From positions 248,001 through 312,000 of the forward strand of contig JAQGDQ010000056.1 in assembly GCA_030141605.1 (NCBI GenBank): DNA of 64,000 bases. Reading direction: 5' to 3'. This DNA is from Tubiluchus corallicola. Lineage: Eukaryota > Animalia > Priapulida. Both the position numbers and the translations under genes were made by a program. Positions 44,401 to 56,249 of this stretch are shown piece after piece (position 1 is the stretch's first letter; each line of letters starts with the position of its first letter). The notes below the pieces were generated by a model. It worked only from the letters and a program-made list of their open reading frames with translations, searched no databases and was not told the DNA's origin.

Positions 44401-47400
44401 TTGTATCCAAAACATACAATCTTTTAGAGATGGTCAAACTGAAATTGATAATCTTTATAGTGAATTTTGTCAATTGTACTACAGTGAAATGGACAAATGG
44501 TTGAGATATAGAGATGTGAATCCCAAAGCCAAGAAAAGGCTTAGGCACTCAATAAAACCATTTTGGACAGAGGAACTTACAGATTTATGGAAAAGTTTAT
44601 GTGATGCTGAGAAACAGTATTTATCCCTTCCTCAGCACAGTAGTGGACGAAAACAGGCTAGGAAGGTATTTATAGACTGTCAACACAAATTTGATCAGAT
44701 TTATAAAAAGGAAAAAAGGAATTATCAAAGGCAAAAAATCTGTGATATTGAACAATTAAATGTTGATGATCCCAAGTCCTTTTGGCAAGAAATCAAAAAA
44801 CTTGGTCCACAAAGTAAGCAAGAGATACCAATGGCTGTATATAATGAAGATGGGTCCATTAATGTAAATCATGAAGACGTACTGAATAAATGGAAGCATG
44901 AATTTAGTACACTTTTCAGTGGACCTACTGAGTGTGGCATCTTCAATGATGAATTTTATATAAATGCAATGCAACAGAAAGCAAATTTGGAGTCTCAACT
45001 TGATTACTCAAATTCCAACATGTTTTTGAATAGGGATATCACACAGGAGGATGTAGAGAAAGTTGTGAGGAGGGCCAAAAATAAGAAAGCAGTTGGGTAT
45101 GACAATCTCCCTAATGAGATTTTAAAACTAAATCAGTCTATTAGTGTGCTCTCTGTTTTATTTAATAAGATATTTAACACTGGAGTTATCCCCTCAGTAT
45201 GGAAAACCAAATTGCCTATGCAATATAGGGGTATTTCTTTGCTCTCCACAGTGTATAAATTGTATACTGGTGTCATTAATGTGAGATTAGCTGCATACAT
45301 GGAGGAGAATGGTATTTACTGCGATGAACAAAATGGCTTTAGGTCGAAAAGATCTTGCACTGATCATATTTATGTGTTAACATCTATACTGAGAAACAGA
45401 ATGAGTATGAATAAGAGCACATATGCTTGTTTCATCGATGCTGAAAAAGCATTTGATCGTGTAGATCGTGATCTCCTGTTGTATAAGTTGTTATGACACA
45501 ATGTGGATGGTAAAATGTATAGCAGCATTAAGAATATTCTTTCAGATACCTATAGTGCTGTGAATCTAAATGGTATCCTCACTGATAAATTTAAATGTGA
45601 ATATGGTGTCAGGCAGGGAGACACTTTGTCACCAACCCTGTTCAGCTTGTATATAAATGATATGGCAGATGATGTAAAGTCCCTAAATATTGGTATTCCT
45701 GTTGGTAATGATAAGATTTGTATTTTAATGTATGCTGATGACGTTGTAATTTTAGCAGAATCTGAAGAAGATCTTCAGAAAATGTTAGATAAGATCACTG
45801 AGTGGGGAAAGAAATGGAGAATCAAATTTAACAGTAAAAAGTCAAATGTTGTCCATTTCAGAAAACCCCAAGTGAATCAAACTGATGTACTATTTAAACT
45901 TAGTGATCAGATTTTGAGCACTGTAGATAGGTATAAGTACCTGGGGATTTATCTTAATGAACATTTAGATTATAAGATTACAGCACAAGTACTGGCAGAC
46001 TCAGGCAGTAGAGCTCTGGTTGCCTTGATTGGTAAATATAAAAAGTTAAATGGGCTGGGTTATTATTCTTTTACTAAGTTATTCAATGCAGGTGTATGTC
46101 CTATACTTGATTATGGTTCAGAAGTATGGGGATATAACAAGTACCCTAAAATTGATATTGTCCAGAATAAGGCATTAAGAATATTTCTTGGTGTTCATAA
46201 TTTTGCTGCTAATCAATGTATACAGGGTGATATGGGATGGTCACCATCTTCAGTTAGAAGAAAGTTATCTATGATAAGGTATTGGAATCGTCTTTTAACA
46301 TTTGATAATTCTAGACTTGTTAAGAGAATATTTCTTTGGGACCGTAATACCAACGTTGGTTGGTCATATGAAATTTCTGAAGTCCTAGAGGAAGCAGGGT
46401 TCCAGCAAGCTTTTGTTAATATGGATACTGTACCTCTTAGCAGAGCATGGGCACAGCTGTATGAGAAACACTGTGTTGATTGGAAAGCAAAAAATGCAGA
46501 TTACCCTAAACTTAGAACATATATATTGTATAAGAACAGCTTTGGAGTAGAACCATATGTTTATATTAATATGCAAGGAAAATACAGGTCTGTGCTTGCA
46601 AAGCTAAGAAGTGGTACTCTTCCCCTGGAACTGGAGCATGGTAGGTTTAGAAATGTTAAGGTTGGTGAACGTTTGTGTAAGATATGTTGCTGTGGAGATG
46701 TAGAAGATGAATCTCACTTTATGTTTGTTTGTACACATTATAGACTAGAGAGAGAAGAATTTTTCCAAGATATTAACATGGACCCGGAACAATTAGATAA
46801 TGTAAATAAATGGAAATATATTATGTCAGAAGAGAATGTCCTTAGGACTGCAAAATATGCTTATAAGATTTTTAGAATGAGGCAAAGCAAGATATATATT
46901 TAATACATGACTTGTCCATTCAGGTATATGTTAAAATTCCATATTATATATTTTCTTTTATTTGATATTCTATGTAAATGAACTGCACAGTTATTATGTG
47001 ATAAATTTTCATGAAATTGACTTGTAAGCCCAAGTGGGCTGGAAACAGCTTTAATAACATTTTACAGTATTAATTAGCACATGAATTATTACATTGTTAT
47101 TATCATATGTTTATGTCAATAAAGATATTCAATCAATCAATCAATCAATCATTTCAAAAGCAAGCACAGAACAATAAAGCTTCTTCTAAAGAATACAGTC
47201 AAACCTCTTTATACGGCCTACTTTGGGATTGCAAAAAGTTGGCATTATAAAGAGGTGCATTAATACATACATGTCTATGCAAATACAGACATTTTGTTTT
47301 GCTAAAAATTTGGGCATTAAGCGAGGTTGGCATTATAAAGAAAGGCGTTATAATGAGGTTTGACTGCGTTATTAAATTTTAGTGATGGACACGTCTTCTT

Positions 47401-48646
47401 TCAAGCCATAGAGTAGTTTTTGTAGTTAAGAACAAGACTCTACTCGTTCTACAATTCTAACAGGCTGCCTTTGGTACAGAGCTCAGAAGCCAAACATCCA
47501 TTTAAATAAGATGTCTGATAGCAATTAGCCAGTTAGTTCTCACTGATATATACTTTGTGATTGGTGCAAGTCTCTGCAAAATCTAAAATGTTGTTTTGTT
47601 CTAAAAACCGCTACTTGTTGCCAAATTACGTTCACTGAGTACAATTCTACCAATTTGTTTTCTCCGCTTCTATAGTACTGTATTCCATAGTTATTATACT
47701 TTTATCCTTTGTCACACCAAAGAAAAATCATTCTTGCTTTTTGACAGGAATGCCCATTGCCCAACACTGGTCATGCAAATAAATGCCAATTCGATCACAT
47801 AATACAAAATATACACAGAAACTATGTGCAATTTTTATTTGTTATTGGTGACTGTAGCCCAGTGGCTGGCAGCAATATGGTTAATGTTATGCTGTACCGA
47901 TGAACAGGAGTGATAGAAGAAACTACAGAAAACTGACTTCCAAATATTCTTCATTTTCCCTGAACAGAAAACCAAACCGAAACCGTTGCACATGTATACA
48001 GCAGGCTGGGTAAACCAAATCTTAATCCAAATACTAATGATAAAAAGTTTGTATAGTTATTCATGTTTATTTATCTTGACTTAATATAGATTTTTGTGTT
48101 TCATGAGCTGTTTTTGCTCTGTATTAAACTTCGCAAATATGACAACAGGCTACATGACACATCTTATAATGGAAGACATATAACAGAAGGATATAGGTAC
48201 TGATAAACTGTTAAACAAGAGAAAAATGAAACGCGCTCTTGATGGCATAAAACAAAAGTGAAGAGAGATGAAACTACTGAGTCACGCAAGCGTGTCGCCA
48301 TCTAACAGATCAATCTATAATACAACAATGCAGTGTCTCAATTATTCGCAATTTTATTAATTTTTAATGTGACAAACTGAAATGAAGTTTAAATTCACAT
48401 TGATAAATAATTCTAGATAAGACAATGTCACGCAAACCGCGAAAATTAAAGGTTTTCTTGTGATTTTTTTCTAAACAAAATTTGTAAAATGACCTAACCT
48501 TCAGTTTGTCGAGTTTTCACAGTCTGTTCAAAATAATCTGATACGTTTGCTGAAGAATTGTGGTTGATCTTACAAGGCATGAGATGAATGACAGGTTGTC
48601 TTAAATCTGAACGATTATTTTTATTTTTAATTCTCACAGAATTCAT
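41496..48646 (-). CDS. RNASEH2C: Ribonuclease H2 subunit C, 165 aa, 4 coding exons
   Basis: Exons 48499-48646, 42897-42965, 41903-42081, 41496-41597, all in phase. Family motifs HLMPCKI...ANVSDYF, LTASFRGRPLCG...VPEGYTG, FQSFKYWNLD...ALKWIDLANVIH. Confidence 0.92.
43844..47151 (+). mobile_element. 5'-truncated non-LTR retrotransposon (APE endonuclease-RT-Cys/His; clade not determined, RTE-X or CR1-group-like) in RNASEH2C intron 1
   Basis: Begins inside the APE domain (GDVNSR...SVVDY...DHS); RT motifs YRGISLL, EQNGFR, FIDAEKAFDRV, GVRQGDTLSP, YADD, YKYLG; C-terminal C-x2-C...H...C; AATAAA 47118-47123 and (TCAA)n tail to 47151. Confidence 0.95.
43871..46903 (+). pseudogene. LINE ORF2 (endonuclease/reverse transcriptase) interrupted by one in-frame TGA at 45494-45496
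   Basis: ORFs 43871-45496 and 45503-46903 are in the same frame (LLYKLL*HNVDGKM). Confidence 0.9.
47196..47366. mobile_element. pogo/Tigger-type MITE (171 bp)
   Basis: TIRs CAGTCAAACCTC / GAGGTTTGACTG, TA on the left; same termini as the 38974-39805 element. Confidence 0.8.
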
Positions 48647-49550
48647 GGCGAGATAAAACTGATAAAACTTAATAATCTTCACAATAACAATAACACCAGG
48701 TAACACAACATTCAGGGACAGGGACAGGTTCGCGGTCTAACTCCCGCCATTCAATTTATGTCGAATTCTTTTATTGACCACTTGACCGAGATTGAAGCTG
48801 AATTTATCAAACAAATTTTTTACCTATCAACTAGTAACAAGCTGCGTCTTGTTTTAAAATAAAAAAGAATGAAACAAAAGCAGTAGTTGTTATTGAACTT
48901 GTTTTAGCGTTTGGTGAAACACGAACCATGATAAATTCATCTGATTTTCTGTAGCTGTTACCTAGAAACCAAAATCATCTGTCAATCAAACATCGTGTTG
49001 GGAGCAAAGTAGGACACCAGCCGAAGTAGGACAATTGGCGTACATGGGCTAGCCCAAGTAGGACACTAGAGACAGGTCACGAATTGAGTTCTTAATCATA
49101 CTAGCAGCGTCCGTTGTCCTTGTTTATTTAATAATAATACTTGAAAATGTCAATACACGTTGAATAATTTATTATACATCCGATAAAACAAAAGAATTTT
49201 ATTCTGAGCTAGTAGAACGGCCAGTATTAGATTCTAATATTCGACATTGATCCTTTTGAAATGAAATAAGCCCGCTTTTTAGGTATTTCCAACATTTGCT
49301 TAAAGAACAAAAAAAGGGGCACCTGAAGTAAGTTTCAGAAAAATTGCCTTAAAAATTATACTGCTCTATGGAAAAAATGCACATATCGTATTCGCGATAA
49401 AAGGAATTTTCGTTTGTTTTCATTTTAAATCTCCCACAATACTGTTTCAACGGCGCCATTACATGACGTCACTGTCACGTAATCAGGGGAAGAAAAGGCA
49501 ATGTTAAATTATGACTCAGAAAGCTTTGCGTGCAAATCTATGTTACTTAG

Positions 49551-49877
49551 TAGAGGATCTTGAAGATTTCAGCATATGAAGAGCACCCGTATTGCTGTTT
49601 GCCAGGAGGCAATTCTTAACACATTTAACAATAAGAACTCCATGCAGTGTCGAGCAGATGTTTAACATTTAGAACGGTATATTATTTGCAATTATACTTT
49701 TGTGATTAATGGAACAATTCTTAAATTAGCATAATTCGAAACATTTATATTTGTACTTATGCGGTATGGCAGTATTATATGTAATTATTTTGTTGTTGTT
49801 ATTTCAGCCTGATCATTGCTGCAATATCATAAATAAACCACTTTGATTGATTCAGCAAAAACTTCCATAGTTATTTA
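49551..49877 (+). repeat. 5' LTR
   Basis: Direct repeat of 54773-55099 with no mismatch seen by eye; AATAAA at 49832-49837. Confidence 0.95.
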
Positions 49878-49892
49878 TGATCAGGCGGAAGA

Positions 49893-51321
49893 ATGCCAAT
49901 TGTTCAATGCCCAATTACTGTCGGAGGACTTGTCGGAGGCTATCGTTCTCGAACTCCTGCAAATACATTGTGGTAGTCACACCACGAACACAGAGGCGGC
50001 ACCACCCGCACATTCTGCTCCAACTGCGAAAATTGAAAAAGTGAAAAGGCCTACTGTATCTGCCGCCGGTACCAGCGAAGAATGGGCATATTTTACCACA
50101 CGTTGGCAAGAATACGTAGATGCCAGTGGTATCACTGGTAAAGACAGAGTAATTCAATTATTAGAATGTTATGATGAAACGTTACGTAAAGATCTCACTC
50201 GTTCTGCTGGTGGCAGTCTCAGTGGCAAAGCAGAAGATGTAGTTCTTAGTGCTATCAAAAAGCTCGCTGTTCGCGTTGAGAACACCATGGTGGCTCGTGT
50301 AGCATTGCATGATATGCGACAAAACCGTGAAGAACCTATCCGTGCATTCTGCGCCCGTCTACGAGGACAAGCCGGCATCTGCAATTATGAAGTGAAATGT
50401 CCGGAGTGCGACACCAGTGTCAGCTATACCAACGAAATAATTCGTGACTGTATCACACGCGGCATCGCAGATCCAGAAATCCAACTGGACATTCTCGGCG
50501 ACAAAAATCAAGTCATGGAAATCGAAGAATTATTAATGCTAATTGAAAGCAGAGAATCTGGAAAAAGATCTGCTTCAAAACTCTTCGATACCCACAATGC
50601 TGAAGCAGTGCGTAGCTCATACAGACGAACAACAAGCAATCTAGCTAAAGATAAAACATCCGAACCATGCAGCCACTGTGGAAGGCACGGTCATGGAAGT
50701 GGTTCTGATTTTAAATTACGACAGGACAAATGTCCAGCTTTCGGCAAAACCTGTACATATTGCAGTCGCAGAAACCATTTCGCTCCGGTATGTAGATCTA
50801 GAAATAAGCCAAAACATGCTGCTCCAGACCGTGACAGAGGTCGTGAACAATCCACCTCACTGGGTGAACAGGGAGCTGTGTTCGATACATTGTGTTCATT
50901 TACACCACACGTACATGAAAAAAATAGCCGTCGTACAGTTCCCCTTAGTCATCACCTATATGACCAGATGTGTAATAGTTGGCTACGCCAACCATTGAAG
51001 CCTCAACCATTTGTTACACTGTGCATGTCAATTAACCCAAGTGACTACACAGCCCTTGGTTTTCGCTGTGGCAGACAACCAAATTCTTGTATAATTTCAG
51101 CAATAGCAGACACCGGATGCCAGAGTTGCTTGTGCAGCCTTAAAATCCTCACTCGCATAGGCATATCAGAGCAACATCTCATACCTGTCACCATGCGCAT
51201 GCAAGCTGCAAATGATCGTGGAATTAACATCCTTGGCGCTGCTATCCTAAGATTCACTGGTACATCTACGGCTGGCAAACAACTGGAAACCAGGCAGATC
51301 GTATATGTCACCGATACTTAA
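49893..51321 (+). pseudogene. gag plus aspartic protease (disrupted)
   Basis: Probable start MPIVQCPIT at 49893 is out of frame with the body; tandem Cys/His knuckles CSHCGRHGH...C and CTYCSRRNHFAPVC; protease ADTG; in-frame TAA at 51319-51321. Confidence 0.85.
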
Positions 51322-53466
51322 AACAAATTATACATTAGCCGTGAAGCTTGTATTGCACTCGGAATGATCACAGAAAGCTTTCCAAAGATTGGTGAGGTGT
51401 GCAACACGCTAGAGATATCATCATCAAACAGCACTTCATCTGAGACACATGACATATCCAAACCCCAACAAAACAGTAGTGGTTTGACATCTGAGTGCCA
51501 CTGTCCACGACGACAGCTGCCACCTACACCCTCCCAACTGCCATTTTCACCAACGCAAGAAAATTTGTCAAAACTGAGACAGTACCTCCTCGACACTTAC
51601 AAGGCAAGCACATTCAACATATGTGAGCACCAACCTCTCCCACTTATGGAAGGGCCCCCTTTGAAACTCATGGTGAATTCTGATGCCACCCCCGTGGCAC
51701 ATCACAACCCTATCCCAGTCGCCTTGCATTGGCAGAAACAAGTCAAAGCAGATATCGATCGCGACGTCCACCTAGGAGTCTTGGAAGCTGTCCCCATTGG
51801 CGAACCTGTCACTTGGTGCCATCGAATGATTGTATGCCCCAAGAAAAATGGCCAACCCCGCAGAACTGTTGACTTTCAAGCCCTAAATGTTCATGCCACA
51901 AGAGAAACCCACCACACCCAGTCACCATTTCTGCAGGCAAGATCTGTACCCCCAAACATGAAGAAAACGGTACTTGATGCCTGGAATGGCTACCACAGTG
52001 TCCCAATCCGTGCAGAGGACCGCCATCTTACTACGTTTATCACTCCGTGGGGCCGATATCGCTACAAAACAGCCCCTCAGGGTTACATTGCTTCGGGTGA
52101 TGGTTACTCAAGACGCTATGACGAGATTGTGTCACACGTACCCCATCACACTAAATGTATTGATGACACACTCCTCTGGTCACCTACAATCAAAGAAAGC
52201 TTTTTCCAGGCAATAGAATGGCTTGACATATGTGGCCGTCACGGCATCACTCTTAATCCTGACAAGTTCATCTTTGCTGAAGACACAGTTGAATTTGCAG
52301 GATTTGAAATTACACCCAATAGTGTCCGCCCTTGTCGGCGATATCTCCAAGCTATACTAAAATTTCCCACTCCAAAAAACATCACTGATGTTCGATCCTG
52401 GTTCGGCGTAATAAACCAAGTTAGTTATGCTTTCAGTATGGCTGACCGAATGCTTCCATTCCGTGCACTCCTGAAACCCGGGACCCCATTCACATGGAAT
52501 GCACAACTAGATGAGATATTTAATGAGTCCAAGGCACTCATTGTTCAGGAAATAGAAGACGGTGTTCGAATTTTCGATAAAACACGGCCGACATGCTTGG
52601 CCACTGATTGGTCAAAGTCAGGCATTGGCTTGTGGCTGCTCCAAAAACACTGCAAATGCCCCAAATCAACTCCTTTTTGTTGCCGTACTGGGTGGAAAAT
52701 CACTCTTGTGGGAAGCCGATTCACCACACCAGCAGAATCACGATATGCCCCAATTGAAGGTGAAGCCCTAGCAGTGGCAGATGCCCTTCAAAAAGCTAGG
52801 TACTTTGTCCTGGGTTGTACAAACCTGACTATTGCAGTGGACCACAAACCATTGCTCAAGATCTTCAGCAACAGATCCCTTGATGACATGCCCAACCCTC
52901 GCCTTAGGAATCTGAAGGAAAAGACGCTCCGTTTCAAATTCCAGGTCATACATGTCCCTGGAGCAAAACATCGAGCTGCAGATGGCATCTCTCGACACCC
53001 GTCTTGCCCTGGCCATGCTGGTGATATGCCTTTGCCTGACGACATTGCCACAATTCGACAGGACACTAATATTACCTTGCCAAACCTACCTACTTTCTTT
53101 TTGGAAGGTATTCGTTGTCAGGAAACGCCTTCAGATTCCTTTGAGACATCCTTAATATGTTCAGCTGCCACAAAGCTTGCAAACTTCAAATCAGTGACAT
53201 GGGATATGGTCCGAGTTGCTACAACAAGTGACACCACCATGAACTTATTAAGAGACATCATAGAAACTAACGTGCCAGAAGCACGTCAGGAGTTCCCAGC
53301 TCCAATACGTGAGTATTACCAGTTCAGGGAACACCTCCACACCATCGATGGTGTTATTCTCTATAAAGAGCGCATCGTTATTCCCCCATGCCTACGTGAC
53401 ACTGTGCTTTCATCACTCCATGCAGCATACCAAGGGGTCTCATCCATGTATTCTGTCCAGGCATAA
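51322..53466 (+). pseudogene. pol: reverse transcriptase and RNase H
   Basis: PRRTVDFQALN, LDAWNGYHSV, TTFITPWGRYRY, CIDD, ATDWS, ESRYAPIEGEALAV, VDHKPL, AADGISR. Confidence 0.92.
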
Positions 53467-54785
53467 CGACAGCCATATTGGCACTTCGAAGTCGTTGCCA
53501 AGAATGCAACCGTATTGCACCCTCACAACCGGCAGCACCGCCCGTTCCCCCAGTTTTGCCAGTATACCCATTTCAGTGCATCTGCGCTGACTTCTTTCAT
53601 TACAAGGGCGTCTACTACCTCATTGTTGTTGACCGTTATTCCAACTGGCCCATTGTCGAACGTTCTCCAATCGGGGCCACTGGTCTCATTGCCTGCCTCC
53701 GCCGAGTTTTTGTCACTTACGGCATTGCTGAGGAACTGGCCTCAGATGGTGGCCCAGAATTTATTTCATTCCAAACACGCCAGTTTTTTTCAGACTGGGG
53801 TGTCCATCATCGTCTCTCTTCGGTTGCCTTTCCTCACAGCAATTGTAGAGCCGAATTAGGTGTTAAGACCGTTAAGCGCATGATTATGAATAATACTGGC
53901 CCCCAGGGAGACCTTAATACAGACTTGTTTCAACGAGCAATCCTGCAGTACAGAAACTGCCCAGACAGAGATACCAAACTCTCACCTGCCCAGTGTCTGT
54001 TTGGCCGCCCTATACGAGATTTCATCCCTATAATACCCGGTCGCTACCCACCTCATAACACTTGGCAGGAATCACTACTAGCCCGAGAAGAAGCCTTGCG
54101 TAACAGACACATGAAAGCATCGGAACGGTGGACTGAACACACAAAATGCTTACCCCCACTAGTTGTTGGTGACAAGGTACATTTACAAAATCAGACTGGG
54201 AAACATCCTACCAAATGGGACAAGTCTGGTATAGTCATTGAAGTCCGTCAATATGACCAATATGTCATCAAGGTGGATGGCTCGGGCCGAGTAACACTTC
54301 GGAATAGACGTTTTCTTCGGAAATATGAACCAATTCATCCACCACGCCCCAGTATCTCTATTGATACTGACCTTGCTTACAATGACAGATGCTTACCAGT
54401 TGAGAAACCTGCAACATCAACCACTTTGCCACCTAAAACAAACCAACGCCCTAATAATTCAACCTTACAGTCACCCAAACACATGGATTTCAAACAAACA
54501 GACAAACCTGTTGGACCAGAGGACCCTCTCCCTAACCTCAGCACACCCTCACATATGCCACTAACTACCATACCAGACAATTCCAAACCAGTTGATAAGT
54601 CCATTGACCCTCCTTCGACTGCATCAGCTCCACCCAACCCAGTTATACCACTACGTCGTTCAACTCGGCAGAGGACAACTCCTCAGTGGCACAAAGACTT
54701 TGATATGTCTGGTAATTTGGTCAGTTATCAGTCTTCGACGTATGCTACCTCCGTCCAAGACATTGGTGGGGATAGAGGATCTTGA
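53447..54785 (+). pseudogene. pol: integrase (frameshifted relative to RT/RNase H); frame runs into the 3' LTR
   Basis: [50 protein letters not shown]; stop at 54783-54785 lies inside the 3' LTR. Confidence 0.9.
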
Positions 54786-55099
54786 AGATTTCAGCATATG
54801 AAGAGCACCCGTATTGCTGTTTGCCAGGAGGCAATTCTTAACACATTTAACAATAAGAACTCCATGCAGTGTCGAGCAGATGTTTAACATTTAGAACGGT
54901 ATATTATTTGCAATTATACTTTTGTGATTAATGGAACAATTCTTAAATTAGCATAATTCGAAACATTTATATTTGTACTTATGCGGTATGGCAGTATTAT
55001 ATGTAATTATTTTGTTGTTGTTATTTCAGCCTGATCATTGCTGCAATATCATAAATAAACCACTTTGATTGATTCAGCAAAAACTTCCATAGTTATTTA
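54773..55099 (+). repeat. 3' LTR
   Basis: Follows the purine tract; matches 49551-49877; followed by TSD CTTAG. Confidence 0.95.
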
Positions 55100-56249
55100 C
55101 TTAGCATTTCACGTACCTGCTGGAAAGACTTATGTAACTAGACTAATAATTTAAAATGTTTGTGCCAACTGATAAAATGTCGCTGACTCACCCTGCAGGG
55201 TGAGCCACTCACTAGCCAAAAACGTATTTTTAATCTTATTGACAAGTTACAGTAATTCAAAATTTTACTTAATTAGCAACATGTGTGCTACGAATGCTCT
55301 GATTATTTTTTCAAACTTTACTTAATGTTATCAAAACTTGTTTCAAATGGCCTACCATTAAAATGGCTGCGCCTAACGGTCAAAGCGTGAGTTTAAATTG
55401 ACATTTTATATACTGCCTTACGGCTGATGCAAGCCATGCGTACGAAAAGTTAGTATGTAAGTGGTATAAAATTTCAAGACAAATTTTTTAAACTTTAAGT
55501 AAGCGGAGGGTTTTCTTGTGCTTTAAGGTATACCATTTTTATTTTGTCTCGCTTCACAGACAGGTAATCCATTTCACTACCTCTTGGACAAATAATTGTT
55601 TTCTGCTAAGTAAACGGGTTAGTAAGCTATGTGCCCTACATAGTCTTTCTCTTTAAAGCATTAGATACTTAATTTAATGTTATGAGGATATTAATGGAGA
55701 TAATAATAATGATGATAATTGTAAAAAATACATTAAAATTTTGTAAATTGTTAAGGACTATCCATCATTATTAAATAGTTAGTTTTTTTAAACAAATTTA
55801 GGTTTATGTTTTATTATCTCTCAGCAGTTCATTAGCTTCACTTCACCTTTTCCAAGGTGAGCACAACTTATTAAGTGTAAAAGAGCAGATTATTTTCTTC
55901 TAACGTCATTATTATAATCATTCCTGGTTCTGCATACGAGTGTCACCCTTCCCTTTCATTACATTTCGTTAGAACAGCTATATGTTTTCCCTTGATTCCA
56001 TAATTTCTCTCGATTCTCGACAAAAATCGCCAGTGTCCTACTTGGGCTGCCCATGTACGACACTGCTTTTCCGCAAATATAGCACATGCGCTTTAGCTGA
56101 AGTGTCGTACTTCGGCTAGTGGCGTACTCTGTGCTCGACAACCGCAATTCACAACCATGTCAGCAAATGCGATTAAGTTCGTGAAAGTTAAATTAAAATT
56201 AATGTACGAAAACTGTGATTTGTGAACTGTATTAAAAAGTTTTATAACA

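Larger units (their letters stand above)
49551..55099 (+). mobile_element. Full-length Ty3/Gypsy (Mag-like) LTR retrotransposon, 5549 bp
   Basis: Two 327-bp LTRs, 5-bp TSD CTTAG (49546-49550, 55100-55104), purine tract GGTGGGGA (54765-54772), domain order gag-protease-RT-RNase H-integrase. Confidence 0.97.

Noticed and set aside
45494-45496. In-frame TGA in LINE ORF2 as selenocysteine or read-through
   Set aside because: No SECIS-like element was recognised, and the copy is 5'-truncated and dead; a simple point mutation is sufficient.
49011-49065. AAGTAGGACA repeated three times with short spacers, superficially CRISPR-like
   Set aside because: Repeats are only 10 bp with short spacers, in a eukaryotic context; likely subterminal repeats of a DNA transposon relic.
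51319-51321. In-frame TAA as programmed gag-pol read-through
   Set aside because: It falls inside the protease domain rather than at the gag-pol boundary, and the element has other lesions; treated as a nonsense mutation.
49915-54890. Many short antisense and alternative-frame ORFs inside the Gypsy element
   Set aside because: Shadow ORFs expected in relatively GC-rich coding sequence; no independent motifs.
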